NCBI GenBank assembly: GCA_030704615.1
Contig: CM060731.1
Coordinates: 14,570,001-14,634,000, forward strand
Direction of reading: 5' to 3'
DNA from: Takakia lepidozioides
Taxonomy: Eukaryota > Plantae > Bryophyta
Length of the DNA: 64,000 bases
The notes under the pieces were generated by a model that searched no databases, was not told the DNA's origin, and saw only the letters and a list, made by a program, of their open reading frames with translations. The position numbers and the translations under genes are program-made. Of this stretch, positions 26,008 through 40,104 are shown piece by piece; the first letter of the stretch is position 1, and each line of letters opens with the position of its first letter.

Positions 26008-27578
26008 ATGATTGGAGCAGTGGAAATGGAAGAGCCACAAAGATTCGATGACAGCATGGTGGCCACACCTCCAAACCTTCCAAGGTTACCTGCAAAGCTG
26101 AGGCTGTCGGTCAGTAGGAAGGAAAGGTCTATGAATGGTGTTAATGTGCAAGAAGATGAGATCAGAAGGGAAAAACTTTTGTATGATGCTGATGTCCGAG
26201 AAAATGGGATGGAGGACTTTGAGTTGTCCGAGCGGAGACGAGCTCTGTTCGAGCCTCTTGGACCAGCCTTCAGAGGACCTCGGGATGGTTCTCCAGAGAG
26301 CATACTTCCCCCTCCCGACTTTGATACTGCTTCATATCCTCGTGGCTGGGTGGTTGGTAAGAAGCGCAAGCTCGTCAATGTTGATGTGGTCGAGAGCATG
26401 CGCCGTATTGCTGTCCAAGAGATGAACAGGAAGGTGCGGTTTTCTCTTTCTTTCTTTCTCCTCTGGTTGGAATCATCATTGTGCTCTGGATTTTCTATGG
26501 AAATGGTCCACAACGCCAAGAAGTAGGTGAGTCCATCAGTATAACAATGCCAAGTCTATGTTTTGAACAGCGGATAGTACTGAATTGTTGTGCTAAGACC
26601 AAATATAGAATGTGGGAAAGCTTATCAAGATTGGAGTGTTGTTCCTTTTGTGAGGCTGTAAGTATCATTAAAGGCTCGCCGCAATCACAGGATGTAGAGT
26701 AGCTAGGATGTGGATGCTGATAATTTGTCTCATTTTTGTGGTAGGATCGGGAGATAAATGGATTGAATGAGCAGCTGGAAGAGGATTCACGCACCATGGG
26801 ACATCTTCAGATGCAGCTCCAACAGGAGCGGACTAAGCGCATGCAGGCCAGTAATTCGTAATTTCCAGAGCTAAATGAAAAAATGAAGAACTTGCATCAT
26901 GGAGCCTGGACTACATTGTCTGAGGGTTATCTGCATTATGAAGCTAAACATGCTAAATATGGGGCAAACATGGGCATCTGAGGGTTATCTGTATAATGAA
27001 GCCAAACATGCTAAATCTGGGGCAAACATAGGCCTATTTTCTGGGATATTGTCGAATCTCTGTAGTTGTAGCTAGGGTCTACAAGGAAAATCTGCAAGAG
27101 TTTGTATGGTAGACAAACGTCGATTTGTGTGTCACACTATCCTATGCACCAGGGATGTGGGATTGTATGGGAACATGTTGGGAACGGGGACTAAATTGAT
27201 TCCAAGACGCTTTTTGTACTGATGCATAGTCTCTCCCCTGGTGGATAGAGATAAAAAAACTCTTTACCTTTCCTTGCGGGTTGTTGAACCATGTTTGAGC
27301 TAATGGATTAGTAGTTTCAGATTCCATGAACACTCTAGTCGTAATAATCAACCAACGAGTTGAGTCTCCGAAACATAGCTTTGAATTACATTGCAAATCA
27401 ACACATGGTGTTCCACATTACCATCTAGATGGGTAACTGTAAAGTGCTGATTATCTTGTGTGTTTCTCACATCAAAGGAATTCTGATACAGGCAGAGCGA
27501 GATAAAAACATGTTACAATCACAGATCAACATGCTTATGACCATGCTCAACGAAACTGAAGAGGGCGCTGAGATGTAA
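26008..27578 (+). CDS. HDR1: HEADING DATE REPRESSOR 1-like coiled-coil nuclear protein, 3 coding exons
   Basis: Exons 26008-26433, 26745-26846, 27492-27578; [71 protein letters not shown]. Confidence 0.85.
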
Positions 27579-28239
27579 CTATTCTGGTCATCATTTGCAT
27601 CTGTGTTAGTAGCTCAGTTCAGGTGAGGGTTCTCCTTTTTAAGATGTATATGCCACTTGCATTTGCTGCCATACAGTTTCTTGAAGTACAGATTGCTGCT
27701 TGGAAAGATTCATTGACCGGCCAACCAAGGAAGAAGGGGCTGGTTTATTGGAAATTTCCACTGTGTATTACCACATTGGTATATTGATAGCCTTGCAAAA
27801 AAGAGAAAGTGCCTCAGTAATTTGGGCCGGAAGTTGTATAGTGATTGATAGTGGACAACAGGAGGTAGATTGTGGATGACTGCATATGATATTGGACTCT
27901 TATCAGCTGTGAATGTTTTGCAATCACTTTTTCTGGTTGATCTGAGTGTTTTCTGGGACTTCAGGAGTTCAAAAAGTTTCTTACCGTTTCTAATTTCTCG
28001 TCCTGTTGATTGCATTTCCGTCCAAGGTTGAGGATGAATGTACTCGATTCACTCACATATTCCCATGGACTTGTCCACCTTAAGAGTGATGATGGTTTGT
28101 AATCACTTAGAATGGTAGATGTCATTGTTTTTTATGGTTCAAACTGCATCCTGTTGAGCTAATGGTATGACTTGCTTTCTCTTTATTTTCTAGTTTTCTC
28201 ACCTCATGGGATGTTCAGAGCTTGATGACTGTTTTTGCT

Positions 28240-28308
28240 AAATGACTGATTAAATAAATGACTGATTTAATAAATGACTGATTTGCATGACTGATCAGTC
28301 ATTTATTT
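28240..28308. repeat. Short tandem AAATGACTGAT units ending in a 16-bp palindrome
   Basis: Four ATGACTGAT units; ATGACTGATCAGTCAT at 28287-28302. Confidence 0.7.
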
Positions 28309-28684
28309 GCTATATGATCTGGGCCCATAAATGTTAAGAAAATTTTACTTCCCTACTTATGCACACTACCAACCAAATGATAAGTGTTATTTGCTAACAA
28401 TTGCTTACTCCCCTCTTCATTAATTTGTCCTCAGGAAACGTTAAGTTCACCATAAAGGCTTCCTAGGTCAAATGATGTCAGTGCAATTCTGAGACAACTT
28501 TCCTGGGTCTCTCAGAATATTATTTCTGTGGTTTGACCTAATATGGATGCCCAAGAGTTTGTCCATTATGAGGTTGAGTTTGATCTTAACCACCCTTATG
28601 AAGTAACCACCCTTATGAAGTAACCGGTTCTCGAGGCTGTGCATACGTCAATATTTGGAACAAAGGCCATACTACGTTATGAAA

Positions 28685-28840
28685 ACTATTTCAGCCATGA
28701 AACGCCTATGCATCTTCTTCTTTTTTTTCTTTTTTTTTTCAAAGGGAAACACCTTGGAGCGACTATTTCAGCCATGAAACGCCTATGCATCTTCTTCTTT
28801 TTTTTCTTTTTTTTTTCAAAGGGAAACACCTTGGAGCGAC
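28685..28840. repeat. ~77-bp tandem duplication
   Basis: actatttcagccatgaaacgcctatgcatc..aagggaaacaccttggagcgac occurs twice. Confidence 0.85.
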
Positions 28841-30698
28841 AGCTTACAAATCAGGCCCCTTAATAGTGAGGTGCATCTTAGAGATACTCATCAGCAGCGT
28901 TTTTTTATTGGCGATTTTTAGCCATTTGGCCACCTGAAAATCCCCTTGGGGAATGAAACAAAGGGAAAAAGACATCCAAATAAGGCAATTTTCGCCAAAA
29001 ATTGGGGCGTCTCAAAAAGGTCCTCGCCTGTGGACCCAGGGGCAGCACAGATGTAGCCATGGCGGACCCAATGCAGGATGATCTGATGGGCGAGATGAGG
29101 AGTGGGTTTAGGATTGTGGGGCCTCCTCCGTTTTCCTCTCCTATCTTGCTAGAACTATATACCTCATTTGTACCAATTAGCCTATGGTTTTCCCATAGAA
29201 AGAGTTCCATTCGTCGATTATGGCTTTCAACTATTTCTGTACTTCGCCTTCTATTGCTCATCAACATCCATAAAATATGGCAAGACTGGAAATACATGTA
29301 GCCTACCAATTTGAGGAAAATTACCTAGAGTGGGCCACTTGCACTACCCTACAACCAATATATATAGCCACTCGTACCCCTTTTCAAAATCCTTAAGAAA
29401 AACCCTGCTCATCGGCCCACAATCGATGCGTATTTCCTCCCCATAATTGAATGATTCCATATATTACACTTCATTTCATAAGTATTAATTTTATATTTAT
29501 TAAATGTTACATTCTGTAAATATAATTTGCTACAATTAACCCCTTCATACCTTGTTAATGTGTTAACCTTGTCGAAATGTTATTTTTTCTCTACCGTCCC
29601 TATTATTAACATTTATCCAGGGCAAACTGTATGTTTTTTAAGGCTTATACAATGGCCCACCCCATTCCATGCAAGAAACCCCAATCCACTTTGCACTTCC
29701 CTCACTCATCTCTCTCATCTGCCAAACAGCCGCATCTTGGAGTAAACAATATGGTAAAGTTGCATGTTGCAGCTTTGGATTCCATTGAGAATCCATAGAG
29801 AACTTTGTGACGAAGCAAAACCATGAGACCACTTATTAGGCAGCTAGGGGTTGGACGTTCAAATTCAAACCCACTATCTCTTGATGGATAAGATCACTTT
29901 AATCATGTTTTGTTGGTGGATTGGCCAGTTCTCTGCTCCTGGATATTGCGCTTACCGATAGGACTTGCGGAGTCAACTCTACAATTACTGCACTAGCCAC
30001 AAGCTCACAATCGGAGCTGCCGGTTGGATTTATAAACCTCTTTTGGTTGGCTCTATTAATGACCTCAGGTTGGAGACCTGACCAGATGGATAGACCGTTA
30101 GAAAGTTTTTTGACTGGAGACCTGACCTCAACATAAAGAACCGTTAGTGTATTTCATTGAAAGTACTTTTGAGAACTTTACAAAATAAGCAGACATTCCG
30201 TAAATATGATCCCTCATTGAGTACCCTAATTGAGTACCTCATTTTTCCTTTCACTAAGGGTGGGGAGAAAGCCACCAGAGGTGGGGCTAAGCTTACCACC
30301 ACCGCCCAATAAAGGTAAAGTTCTAACTCTTCAAACAGTGGAAGTTCGACTCTTCGTACTTCCTTGGTTAGAGATACCGTACGCAAGGCCGAACCTCGAC
30401 TTCAAACCTGCCTAGTACCCTTACGTTGACTTAAATCAAAACCCTTCCATGCGAACACCCCAGTCTTTGTAGAGAATTGCTTGACCATATGAGCATGAGG
30501 AACAACAATGCTGCGGAAGACGACAGCGACTTGTTCGGCAGTTGTGAAGAGAAAACAGGTATTGTGGCCAATTAAAGGTCAATATTACATTCAATCTCCT
30601 AATTTTCCAACGCACTTCCGATTCTATCATGCTGGGTTTGACGGGACGGAGGCCCCAAAAACTGTGTTTAGTTTGGTCACGTTACATTGACGAAAATT

Positions 30699-30907
30699 TT
30701 GGGACACCACGTTTTCTTTCTTTTTTTGGACTTGTGCAGCAGTGATACGAACAACCCTTCCCTTGTGATTTGATATATCAGTGAGAGTTGACATAGGTTG
30801 GGACACCACGTTTTCTTTCTTTGGACTTGTGCAGCACTGGTCCTGCTTTGATGTTAGTGATACGAATAACCCTTGTGATTTGATATATCAGTGAGAGTTG
30901 ACATAGG
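30699..30907. repeat. ~100-110-bp tandem duplication
   Basis: ttgggacaccacgttttc..gatatatcagtgagagttgacatagg occurs twice. Confidence 0.85.
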
Positions 30908-31558
30908 CAGAGTACATACATACGCATGGAGCAGCTGGAAGTTTCCAGACTGGCGTTCTTACACCTCAATCCTTAGAAACGCCAAAATTAAGAAATTCTC
31001 ACACACCACTCATTGGGCTACTAACCCTCGTGGGCTCTTTTCAGATGGAAGCGACTAGCAGCATCATTACCCTCCTAGGCATTCACAATATCAGCCGAAA
31101 TTCCAGAGCCTGAGATCTTGACGCTGATGACAACAGGATAGGGAAGATGTGTGGATGCACCATGAGAAATCATAGGCTGGATTAGTAGCATCTCTGGCCC
31201 CAGTTGGCCCGCCGGATCTGGCAAATATCTGACATTCTGGCAAACCACAGATGTGGCCACCTGCCCATACCTAAGAGAAAGAGAACTGTACTGGAAGCTG
31301 ACTCCTTCCAAGAAATACTACTATCACATATATAGAGACAACATCACCTCTCAAACTGGCTGTCTCTATCTGTTTGTCATTTATTATTTCTAACAAATTG
31401 TAGAATAAAATGGCCGCTGTTGCTATGGTACTCAAGGGGGTGTGTGAATAGTTCCCTGCTGGATTTGCACCGCTCTCAATGGAAGCGATGAATGGGTAAA
31501 AGAGCCGGATAAAAGAGCCGGTTGGAAGAAGACCAAAGAGGAGAACACAGCACAAAAC

Positions 31559-34225
31559 CTACAGCACAATCACTGCTTTTTCCCGAGATTGTGTCGGTGC
31601 AGGATACGCAAGGATTGGTTCATAGTGGTCTGCACCTGCCCCACACCATCCTGATTGCCCCCCCCCAATCCCTCAAACTTGGTTACTCAACCATCCGTAG
31701 ATTTGTTGGGATTGTAATGCTGAACTTAATCACATAAGTATATTTCCACAAGTTATTCACTCCTGCAAACTCTGCACCTTAACCAAACAGAGCTCATCTC
31801 TTTGATCATGGCAGTGAGGGAGCCAAAGGAGGGAGAAGTGATATCACAGGACACAACACAAAACACACCTCCACAGGCGAGATAGTACCAGGGAGCATAT
31901 GTACCTGTGCCCTTCATAAAGAGGAATATAGGAGGATGACGGATCCGAGATTGGTTGTGGGGACGGTGTGGGAGAAAGAATAAACTGTTGTTGCTGTCTA
32001 CCATAGCATCCGCCCCATGTGCCTGCACCTAGAATCCATGAACAGTCCCACTCGTCAACCCAAAAAGTGTCCACACAATGTTGCCATCATCATGAACTAT
32101 TACTCTCATTGTAGGGAAAAAGCGGTCTTAAACCTTCCACTTATCTTAAGCAATGTCACAGAACTCTAGAGGTCTAGCAGTCAGACACAGCACTGCGAGA
32201 AAATAATGAGATGTGGAAATGTCAACATTGTGTTCTCATGAGTATTGCGACACCATACTTTGAAGTGAAAAATCCTTCTGTGAGATCTTCCTTCTAGCCA
32301 CAGATATAGCTCCCTTCACCTTAGTCTCATAACTTGTACATAAGTTTCCGAACCTGTCTGGTGCTACATGTCTTTCCCAGCAGTACTCACTACCACACTC
32401 CTAGTAAATAGGATAGTATGGACCTTGCAAGGAAAGCTACACGTACCACGAAGATCTCGCGCTCATACTCCGTGGCCAGACACTCAATAGCAATGTCGTC
32501 ACCAAAAGCGGCTGCTCGTCCTTCACGATTCTCATCGACACTAAGCAGTCCTTCCTCCGTGTACTGAAGTGTTATAATATCAAACATGTCACTAAAACTG
32601 CCAGAGAGGGACATGTACTTTCCCCAGCTCTCACTGTCAGCAACTGCTATGCAACGATCCTTATACACCGACTCCGCTGCTGATTCCCTGTGAAATGACA
32701 AAGAATTCCATAAGTTACTTCTCATCCCCATCAAGAATTTCAGAGAGGAAAAAATGCATATTTGCTTCCCTAAGATTTGAACTCAAGCAATCAAACCATG
32801 GCACTACAATCCGCGATCATCAGAAAGCATCCAAATGTAGTCAACTAGGTAGAAACCAGCATATCCTGTCTCTTTTTACTGAAGGGAGAACTACCAGGAG
32901 CCAACCTCAAATCTTCCCTTATTCAGAAGCTGTTGATAGTCAGACAATCAATGTCTCTGGGAATACAAAAAATAGCAGCACAGGAGCAAGTCAAGAAAGT
33001 GCGCTTATCTTTGAGAGGACAATTTACTTGCAGAATTTAGTGAAGTTCTGGACTGAAAGAAAAATGAACTGCCTACTTAACAGGTTTTCTCACTCCAAAA
33101 TTGGTCACATATTATGTGAGCGGATGTTGAGAGAACAGATAACCCGGGACCTCCAGGAACGGATTTACTTTCGAAGCTGTTAATTCGACAAAGATTCGAC
33201 AAAGCCGCTACTGCAGGTCTTCACTTACACAGTCGCTCACTGCAACTTGCTAATCCTCTAAAATTACAGATCACAGAAGTCATAGAGACCGGAGCTACAC
33301 CAGCTCTCACGTGCACAGCTATCAACACGCTGCATTTTGCAGCTGCAATTTCCATAAAAAGAGCATGTCTCAGGGAACGTACGCATGGTCGTGTAATGTA
33401 TCGGGACTGAGATGAACTCTAAAGCCTCATACAAAAGTAGCCGCTAGAAACATGACAACCCCGGGTGTTTCTCTTTCACTTGATCCTTGAATGAATGCAA
33501 GCTCAACTCAATCAAACTAGGAACCTTTCCCAGGCAGTCAGTAACTTCAAAGTACCACAGTATCATGCCAGACGAAATTCAAGAACAAAGAGTACTTCCA
33601 AGTCATACGAGGGAGTCATTGACAATCTGTCACGAGTAAACACCGCATACCTTGAGACACCGACCTGCACAAGTTCTGCAATGCTGGCGTCCAGTGCTTC
33701 TCTGTCAGCCTTATTCGCAAGCAGCTTGACCTCTTGGACAACATGCACTCCCCAGCCTGTTGTCAGATCTGGTGTATACATGTGCCTGATCATATCGTTG
33801 ACTGCCTGCTGGTCGAGAACACCCGCCTCATACTCTTTCAGGAACCTCTTTACTGTAAGCAACCTAACCTCCAATGGCGATTCCTTCACCAGCATAGCTC
33901 GCTGCGACGCAGTAAACAGACAATTACCGTCCGCCTCCACATCCCCGCCATGATGCAGAGTTAGAACGAGTGAGATCGACTCTGTCGGGTGTGTCCATAG
34001 CACACCCCGTGATGCCACATTGTTCAGTGCTTGCAGCTGCAACGGTTCCAGGCCACCCACGCTCTCCCACTCGACTTTGTTTTCGCTCAAAACTGATGTA
34101 GGGGACAGAATCTCGGCGGACTCCAGCATCAAGCTTTTCGCATCTGTGCTCGCAAGAGATTCCAGCTCCGGTGCTCGCCAGACCTCCACCATTGTCTCCC
34201 CCTCATACTGTGCGGTCTTTCCCAT
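31559..34225 (-). CDS. Conserved plant uncharacterised protein with OTU-like cysteine protease motifs, 4 exons
   Basis: Exons 34225-33651, 32687-32447, 32028-31905, 31650-31559 in phase; HGGDVEADGNCLFTASQ (Cys box), AFGDDIAIECLATEY, GWCGAGADHYEP (His box). Confidence 0.85.
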
Positions 34226-34810
34226 ACTTGTGCCTGCGCACCTGGGAGCCGAACTTGCTTGGGAAGAGGCTTGAGCCAAAAAAAAAACTTGACAAAAGCT
34301 AAAAGAGCAGGAAATGGCGATACCATGCGGGAGGCATGTCACTACATTTTGTTCGCTTCTTGTTTGCCCGTGCAACGGTCACACACAGCGATAGAGATGA
34401 TAAGATCTGAAGGCGAAAGACGACGATGTGGAGAAGAAAACGAACAAGACTCTGGCACCGGTCCCAAGCCAAAAAAAAAAGAAAAGACGCGCAGCACGCC
34501 CCACCTGAACGAGACAACGGTACTGCGACACTCAAAAGAGCAGAGAGCACTAAGAAACTGCCTCCGATCCAGACGACGATGTGAAAAAATAAATGCAGCA
34601 AGCTGGTGTAGTCAAGTAGCGAAGGAGAACACACACGACGCCGCAATGAACTGCAAAATCTCGCGAGCAAACAAGAAACAACAGACTCTCCGCGCAGTGT
34701 GTGGGGGGGCTCGGAGGCGGAGACGAGAGAGGGAGGTCCAGAAGACTGACGAGTCCAGGAAGCAGAGCGGGGCATCCATCTTTTACCCACCATCTCTCGC
34801 CTTCCAATTA

Positions 34811-35202
34811 AACGGTCCAGATGCACCATCCTGAAGCTTGAACGGTTCGGAGCGCGAGGAAGTCGGAGGAGAACAGTCAAACTCAAGGGAAGTGAAAAGA
34901 CGGCGGTCAATGAGTCCACTGCCCGTAAAAAACCACTCAACGGCCCCGATCGGAATTGACGGACACGATCTCCTTTCAGGATAGAAAATGTGAAAAGGTT
35001 TATTAACGGTGACAGCCGTCATTTGCCACCCTTTATTAAACGGTGGCATCCACCCAAGAGAGCCGGACGAATAACGGTGCTTCATCTATCGATTCTACAG
35101 AGAATAAAACGAGATGTGGTCAGTAGCCCAGGCGTATGAATGAATGAACATTCACGCGTGCCACCCGATTGGCGCCAGGAAAGGGTGCTGGCACGCCAAC
35201 GG
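34811..35202 (+). promoter_or_regulatory. Cluster of 7 AACGG (MSA-like, MYB3R) cores upstream of the OTU-like gene
   Basis: AACGG at 34811, 34841, 34939, 35005, 35039, 35073 and 35198. Confidence 0.55.
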
Positions 35203-36918
35203 TCAGATTGCCGCCAAGAGTGTCAGTTTCGCCAGCATCGCCAGGGCTTTCGCCGTCGAGGCTTCAACCAGTATCGCCATATGCGTCGCCAGTATTCCCT
35301 CGACGATTCCAGCATCTCCAGTTGTGCGTGTGACGGATAATAAAGTCCGTCCATACATTCAATGAGATGTGGGGTGCAACGTTCCCGCCTCGGGGCTGCG
35401 GCAGCCACGTATTGAAGCCTTTTGAGCAATGGGCATGGAAACATTGTCGACCTCTTTCCATACTTTTGATCCGCCATCACTGCACTTCTTGTCCCCATTT
35501 ATTGACATTGAGTGCTAGTTAATGCTCACGAGGTGACGTTGCCTCGAGTAAGTTGTGTATTGGGAACCCAATCCCTAATGTGTGCTTCATCGCTTATTAC
35601 TAGTTCTTCCTAGGCCTTCGATATAACAAAATCTTGTCAGAGTTTGGTGTTGGGTCAGTGCAGTTCCTCTCAATATATGAAGAGGGCATCTTGATGGTAA
35701 GACATCTTGTGCATGACCTGTTCAGACTTCAGACTTCAGACCCCTGCGAGCTGACTCTCTCTGCTTGGGGCACTGCCCCTGTTTGCAGTGGTGGCCGAAA
35801 GGGGATTGATTTCTCCCTCTGGTGTTTCCTTGGAAATAAATAAAATGTTACCTTTCTATAAGCTGAGGCAAATTGCAGACATGATGACTGTCTTCCCTTC
35901 ACTCTATAGGCTTCACTATCCCTTGCTTGTCATCTCTAGTGTGCTAATACTGAATGAACTACGCAACTGACTTTCCTCCTCCATTCTCCCAAGCAGTCAA
36001 AGAACAGCATGCACTCCCTCTCTTTGGTTTAATTCAGCAAAATTCTAACTAACATCGTTCCTAATCTAAAACCCTAAGGCAGCATTGAATGTGGAATCAC
36101 AATGCTGGTATCAGATCAAAGCAGTAGCAGCAGTACTAAATATTCCATGACTTCAGGTCTACTGCACCACAAATGGAAGCACTGACTCTAGAATATCCTA
36201 TTTGGATTTTATTTTTCTTAAAGGAAACCTGGGATCTGGGAATATCCTGATTGGATTTCCATGAAAGATTTCAGATCGACATCTGGCCCACTACTATACT
36301 ACTATACCTGCTGATTATCAATATTGAGTCGCCAACATCTAGAAAGGTCCCAGGAGTTGAAGTTTCACACTCTCATTATGATGAAGGGGCCTGATTTATG
36401 AGCGGTCACTCACTCCTGGGTTTTCCTTTTTTCTTAATAAAATAAGACCCATAATTCTGATCTTTCTAGATCTTCTTTCTCTCTTTTTTACTTTTCAAAG
36501 CTAAAACTGGCCTCCATCCAGTTAAACAAAAAACAAAATGACTATATCATCAACCGTGCAACTCACTATGCAGAGAGTGTCCCATGGTGGAACTCATCAT
36601 ATAGTGTTTGGCGGGTATATCTTTTACTCAGGTACATATCCAGATATATAACCTGATGTAGCAGATCTTATGTTAATCAAAAAAAAAAAAAAAAGGTATA
36701 TCCGTACCCTACAGTATCGTTTTGCAGTATCAGCCAATCGAGATTAATGCACTACAATCCCTCATAAGCCATATCCCTCGCATACTAAGGTGGTGCTCTG
36801 AATCCTTCCACCACAGAAGAGGTTCCATCTACCAATAAGAGGTAGAAAGTCCCTACTGTGACAATTGGAACTTGCCTTCAACACATTTGATTGAAGTGAC
36901 TAAACACCAAGTTTTAAG

Positions 36919-37478
36919 AATGTACTCATAAGACATTGTTTGTAGTAGCCTTGTGGCCATAGACCCGGCCCCCAGTTTGGGCAGAAAGAAAGGAAATAGA
37001 CACTATCTTTGTGAGGGCTCGCTTCAGTAGTGCGACTTACATTGGTACAAACAACTAGTTCAGGCTATCCACACATCCTCTAGAAAGCCCTTCACATTCA
37101 CATCAATCTGCTGTGTGTGAGCAGTACACCCCAAACAGGGCCAGGGCTTTAGGCTGAGCCTCCAGATTTTCGAAGTTGGTGAACAGAGGTGCAGGAAGAA
37201 TGTTCTTGATGTTCCTGAAGAGCGTCACTCTCTGGTGAGAATACCACGGCCAATGTATCAGAAAATGGATATTGTCTTCAGGCTGCCCACACATCGGGCA
37301 ATTACTATCTCCTTTTCCTCTCTGCATCTGTTTATTGTTCAAAGGTAAACTCCCCGCCCCAAGTTAAATATCAGTCTAGTGCTGAGGGTAGGTAGGCCCT
37401 TCAGATCATCCTTGTAGTCATCACCCATGTCACAGACTGGAACCAAGTTCAAGGAAGTTTTATGCCCTAACTTCGTTT
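36919..37478 (-). mobile_element. Diverged 5'-truncated LINE family 1 copy
   Basis: CPMCGQPEDNIHFLIH..FTNFENLEAQPKA; family 3' end ..TTATGAGTACATTC; candidate ~9-bp TSD TCTTAAAAC. Confidence 0.9.
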
Positions 37479-37926
37479 TAAGAGGGTGACACAGAGAGTT
37501 TTGCAACATGACAAAGAAAGAACCTGTCTACTGCCTGTGACAAGGTCCCCTTTAACTCATGGGGTTACAGTTCACCTAATTACTTGCTACTTCATCTGTT
37601 AGGAGCAGGATATCTCACAGCTTCCTCATCCACTATGACTCTGTGCAGCCTTCCCTTACACCTCTGCACACAAACAGAAACAGACTTTTTTGTCACATCA
37701 CTAAGAGAGAGAGAGAGAGAGAGATGATTTCATGGCAAGAAACTAAGACACACAAACATGGATGACATCTACAGCTGCAAGTGAAAAGCAGAAGAACTGA
37801 GAAAACAGGGGAAAAACACAAAACAACAACACAGCCAAGTGCAAGTTCCGAGCCCTGCACAGCCTCTCTCCAGGAGCACAGAGGGCATAGTATTCAGCTG
37901 TGCTTGCCTCAGATAAAGGAAAGAAT

Positions 37927-37990
37927 ATGTACTCATGCCGTTCCCTGCAAACGTTGGCTTGCCATAGCCTTACTGCCATCGATCCCCCAA
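37927..37990 (-). mobile_element. Short 3' end of LINE family 1, B-type variant
   Basis: GATGGCAGTAAGGCTATGGCAAGCCAACG..CATGAGTACA resembles unit B (20087-20150). Confidence 0.7.
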
Positions 37991-38248
37991 GAAACTAACT
38001 GTACTAGAGTTTTTTTGGGGGTTCGCACCCATCAGGGTTTAGCTTATCCCTGCAACTCAGCTGCAGGTATTAACTTATTTTCCCACAACTGCCATGAAGG
38101 CGCTCACAGAGGCACCTGTCCGCGTCCAAACTTGACAGCCCAGTTGCAGGGTTATTGATTTTAGTTTTACAGCCCTCCGTTTACCACAGAAATGACATGT
38201 CTGTCACTCTGGATTGTGTGATAATGAAAGAGAGAGAGAGAGAGAGAT

Positions 38249-39814
38249 TTAACCTAGACGAATGTTTCGAATGGGAATATCCTTCAACTCGCGCCGCATG
38301 CATAGCCACTCGCCAAGAAGTGCCGTGACTACCACGCACACAGTATACACTAGCCACCACGTGAACGAGGAAGGCAAACCGTTGTAGAGAAAGCAGAAGA
38401 ACAGATGAATAATGTACATGGTGGCCGTAAAATCCAGACACTTTTTGGCTCTCTCTACTAATAGAAACAGGTACCCAGCTCTGTCACACCATCCCACATC
38501 CGTGTCAGCAAAACCACACCAAATAAACTGCCCACTCCACCCCCAACGCATACACCTTTTCTTCTGCTTCTTTATACAATGCCTCATTTACAAGGCAATA
38601 ACCAGTATGGAAAGTTTAATATCCAAGACCCATGTCAATTTTCATTGCCCTAAGCTCCACCGGTGACAATTGACAAAGAGATTTGAGTACAGCCTCGGTG
38701 TTTAGTTACTGTCAGGTGACATTTATCCCGATCATTCTGTATCATAATCTTGCATTCCATGGTGAGACACCGGTCATAAAAGAAAAACTAAAACATTCCT
38801 TGCTCATGGATAATTAGGTCATGAAAAGGTCATTCTAGATCAGATGTGACACCTCTCACTGGCATGCTTCTAGTTTAGTAAAGTACCTCTCACAAAATTG
38901 ATCCTCCTCGACATCCACACATCCAGTAATCTTTGCTGACCATTATCTAGTTCATAATCTAGAAAGGGTCTCCAGTTGTGAGCAGCTTCACAATTGACAT
39001 ATGCTACTAAACTTGCTCCTGCAGCTTGCTATGGGAACATTTGTTGGAACAGCTAGATTCCAAGCCTGCTCCTGACAAGCCCAAAAATGAGACTGACAAA
39101 AGTCAAGGCTATTGAATCCTTGACCTCAAACACAAAAACCCTAAAAGAGACCTAACGTGAAAATCCCTCTCTCTCACAAATCACAGAGGCAACATTCCAC
39201 CACTGAATCAAGACTTCAGCCAGTGGAGCTACTCCTGGTCTCTTATCTTAATCTTCCTTCATTTTATTCACTTTTGAGCTTCACAAAAACTGGGAACGGA
39301 GTACATGGCCAGAAGATTGTGCTGAAGTGAACATTGAGCTGTTTCTACGACAGTAGCGAATCGACAGTGTGCTTCGGTGACAGATTCTGTACTAGTGGCC
39401 GTTTGAGGCCGAATTTTATACCCTGGTTGGTGAAAAACCTACAGTTTTCTCAAGCATCGCATGTCCACCAGGACCACGCTTTCGACGCATGGAAACGAAA
39501 GCCATAGCAAAAGTATACAGGTAACGGTCTATCTTTTGATGAGCATCATGATTTCACACACAAACGACCAGAGGAAGGAGAGAATCGCACCCGGACAACG
39601 AATTGAGAAAATGAGCAGCAATAGTCCACCGTCCAATGTACGAAGACCCGGTGACAAGAGAATAATCAAAGAAATACTTGAGTGTCAATCTAGATACTTG
39701 AGTCCCCACAAATGCCCACAAGAGAAGCCCCATACTGATATAGTATAGGCACTGTATGCACACTATCTGCCCAACAATCAACCATGGGTCCCATATCATG
39801 GCCCCATAAAACAT
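38249..39814 (-). CDS. SYS1: SYS1 Golgi integral membrane protein
   Basis: Exons 39814-39591 and 38480-38249 (a short further exon is possible); MFYGAMIWDPWLIVGQIVCIQCLYY, VERAKKCLDFTATMYIIHL, LLGEWLCMRRELKDIP. Confidence 0.92.
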
Positions 39815-40076
39815 CGCGTTCAACCGTCTCCGGATTGCTTCCTGCACAGCTCCACCGAGCCCAGTAGGGCGCGTGCCTCGGCGTCTGCCCTTCCCCTCCG
39901 TGGTGAATCTCTGCACTGCGCCAGTGAGAAAAGGATCCCACGACAGGCCCTTCCTATGCATACAAGATGTGCGCATAAGACCGGTGTGGACAGACCTGAT
40001 AGGGTTGAGACTGTACAGGTGGGTTATTCAGACTTAGGTTATACTTCCTTGCTTCTATTAATTTGATTTTTAAAGG

Positions 40077-40104
40077 GCTTCAATCTTCAATCTTCAATCT
40101 TCAA
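40077..40104. repeat. (CTTCAAT)4 heptamer microsatellite
   Basis: Direct reading. Confidence 0.8.

Noticed and set aside
29880-30430. Possible organellar or viral insertion
   Set aside because: Short open frames lack any motif I can assign
34259-34940. Overlapping 191-aa and 213-aa ORFs
   Set aside because: Low-complexity translation of the CT-rich 5' leader and intron of the OTU-like gene
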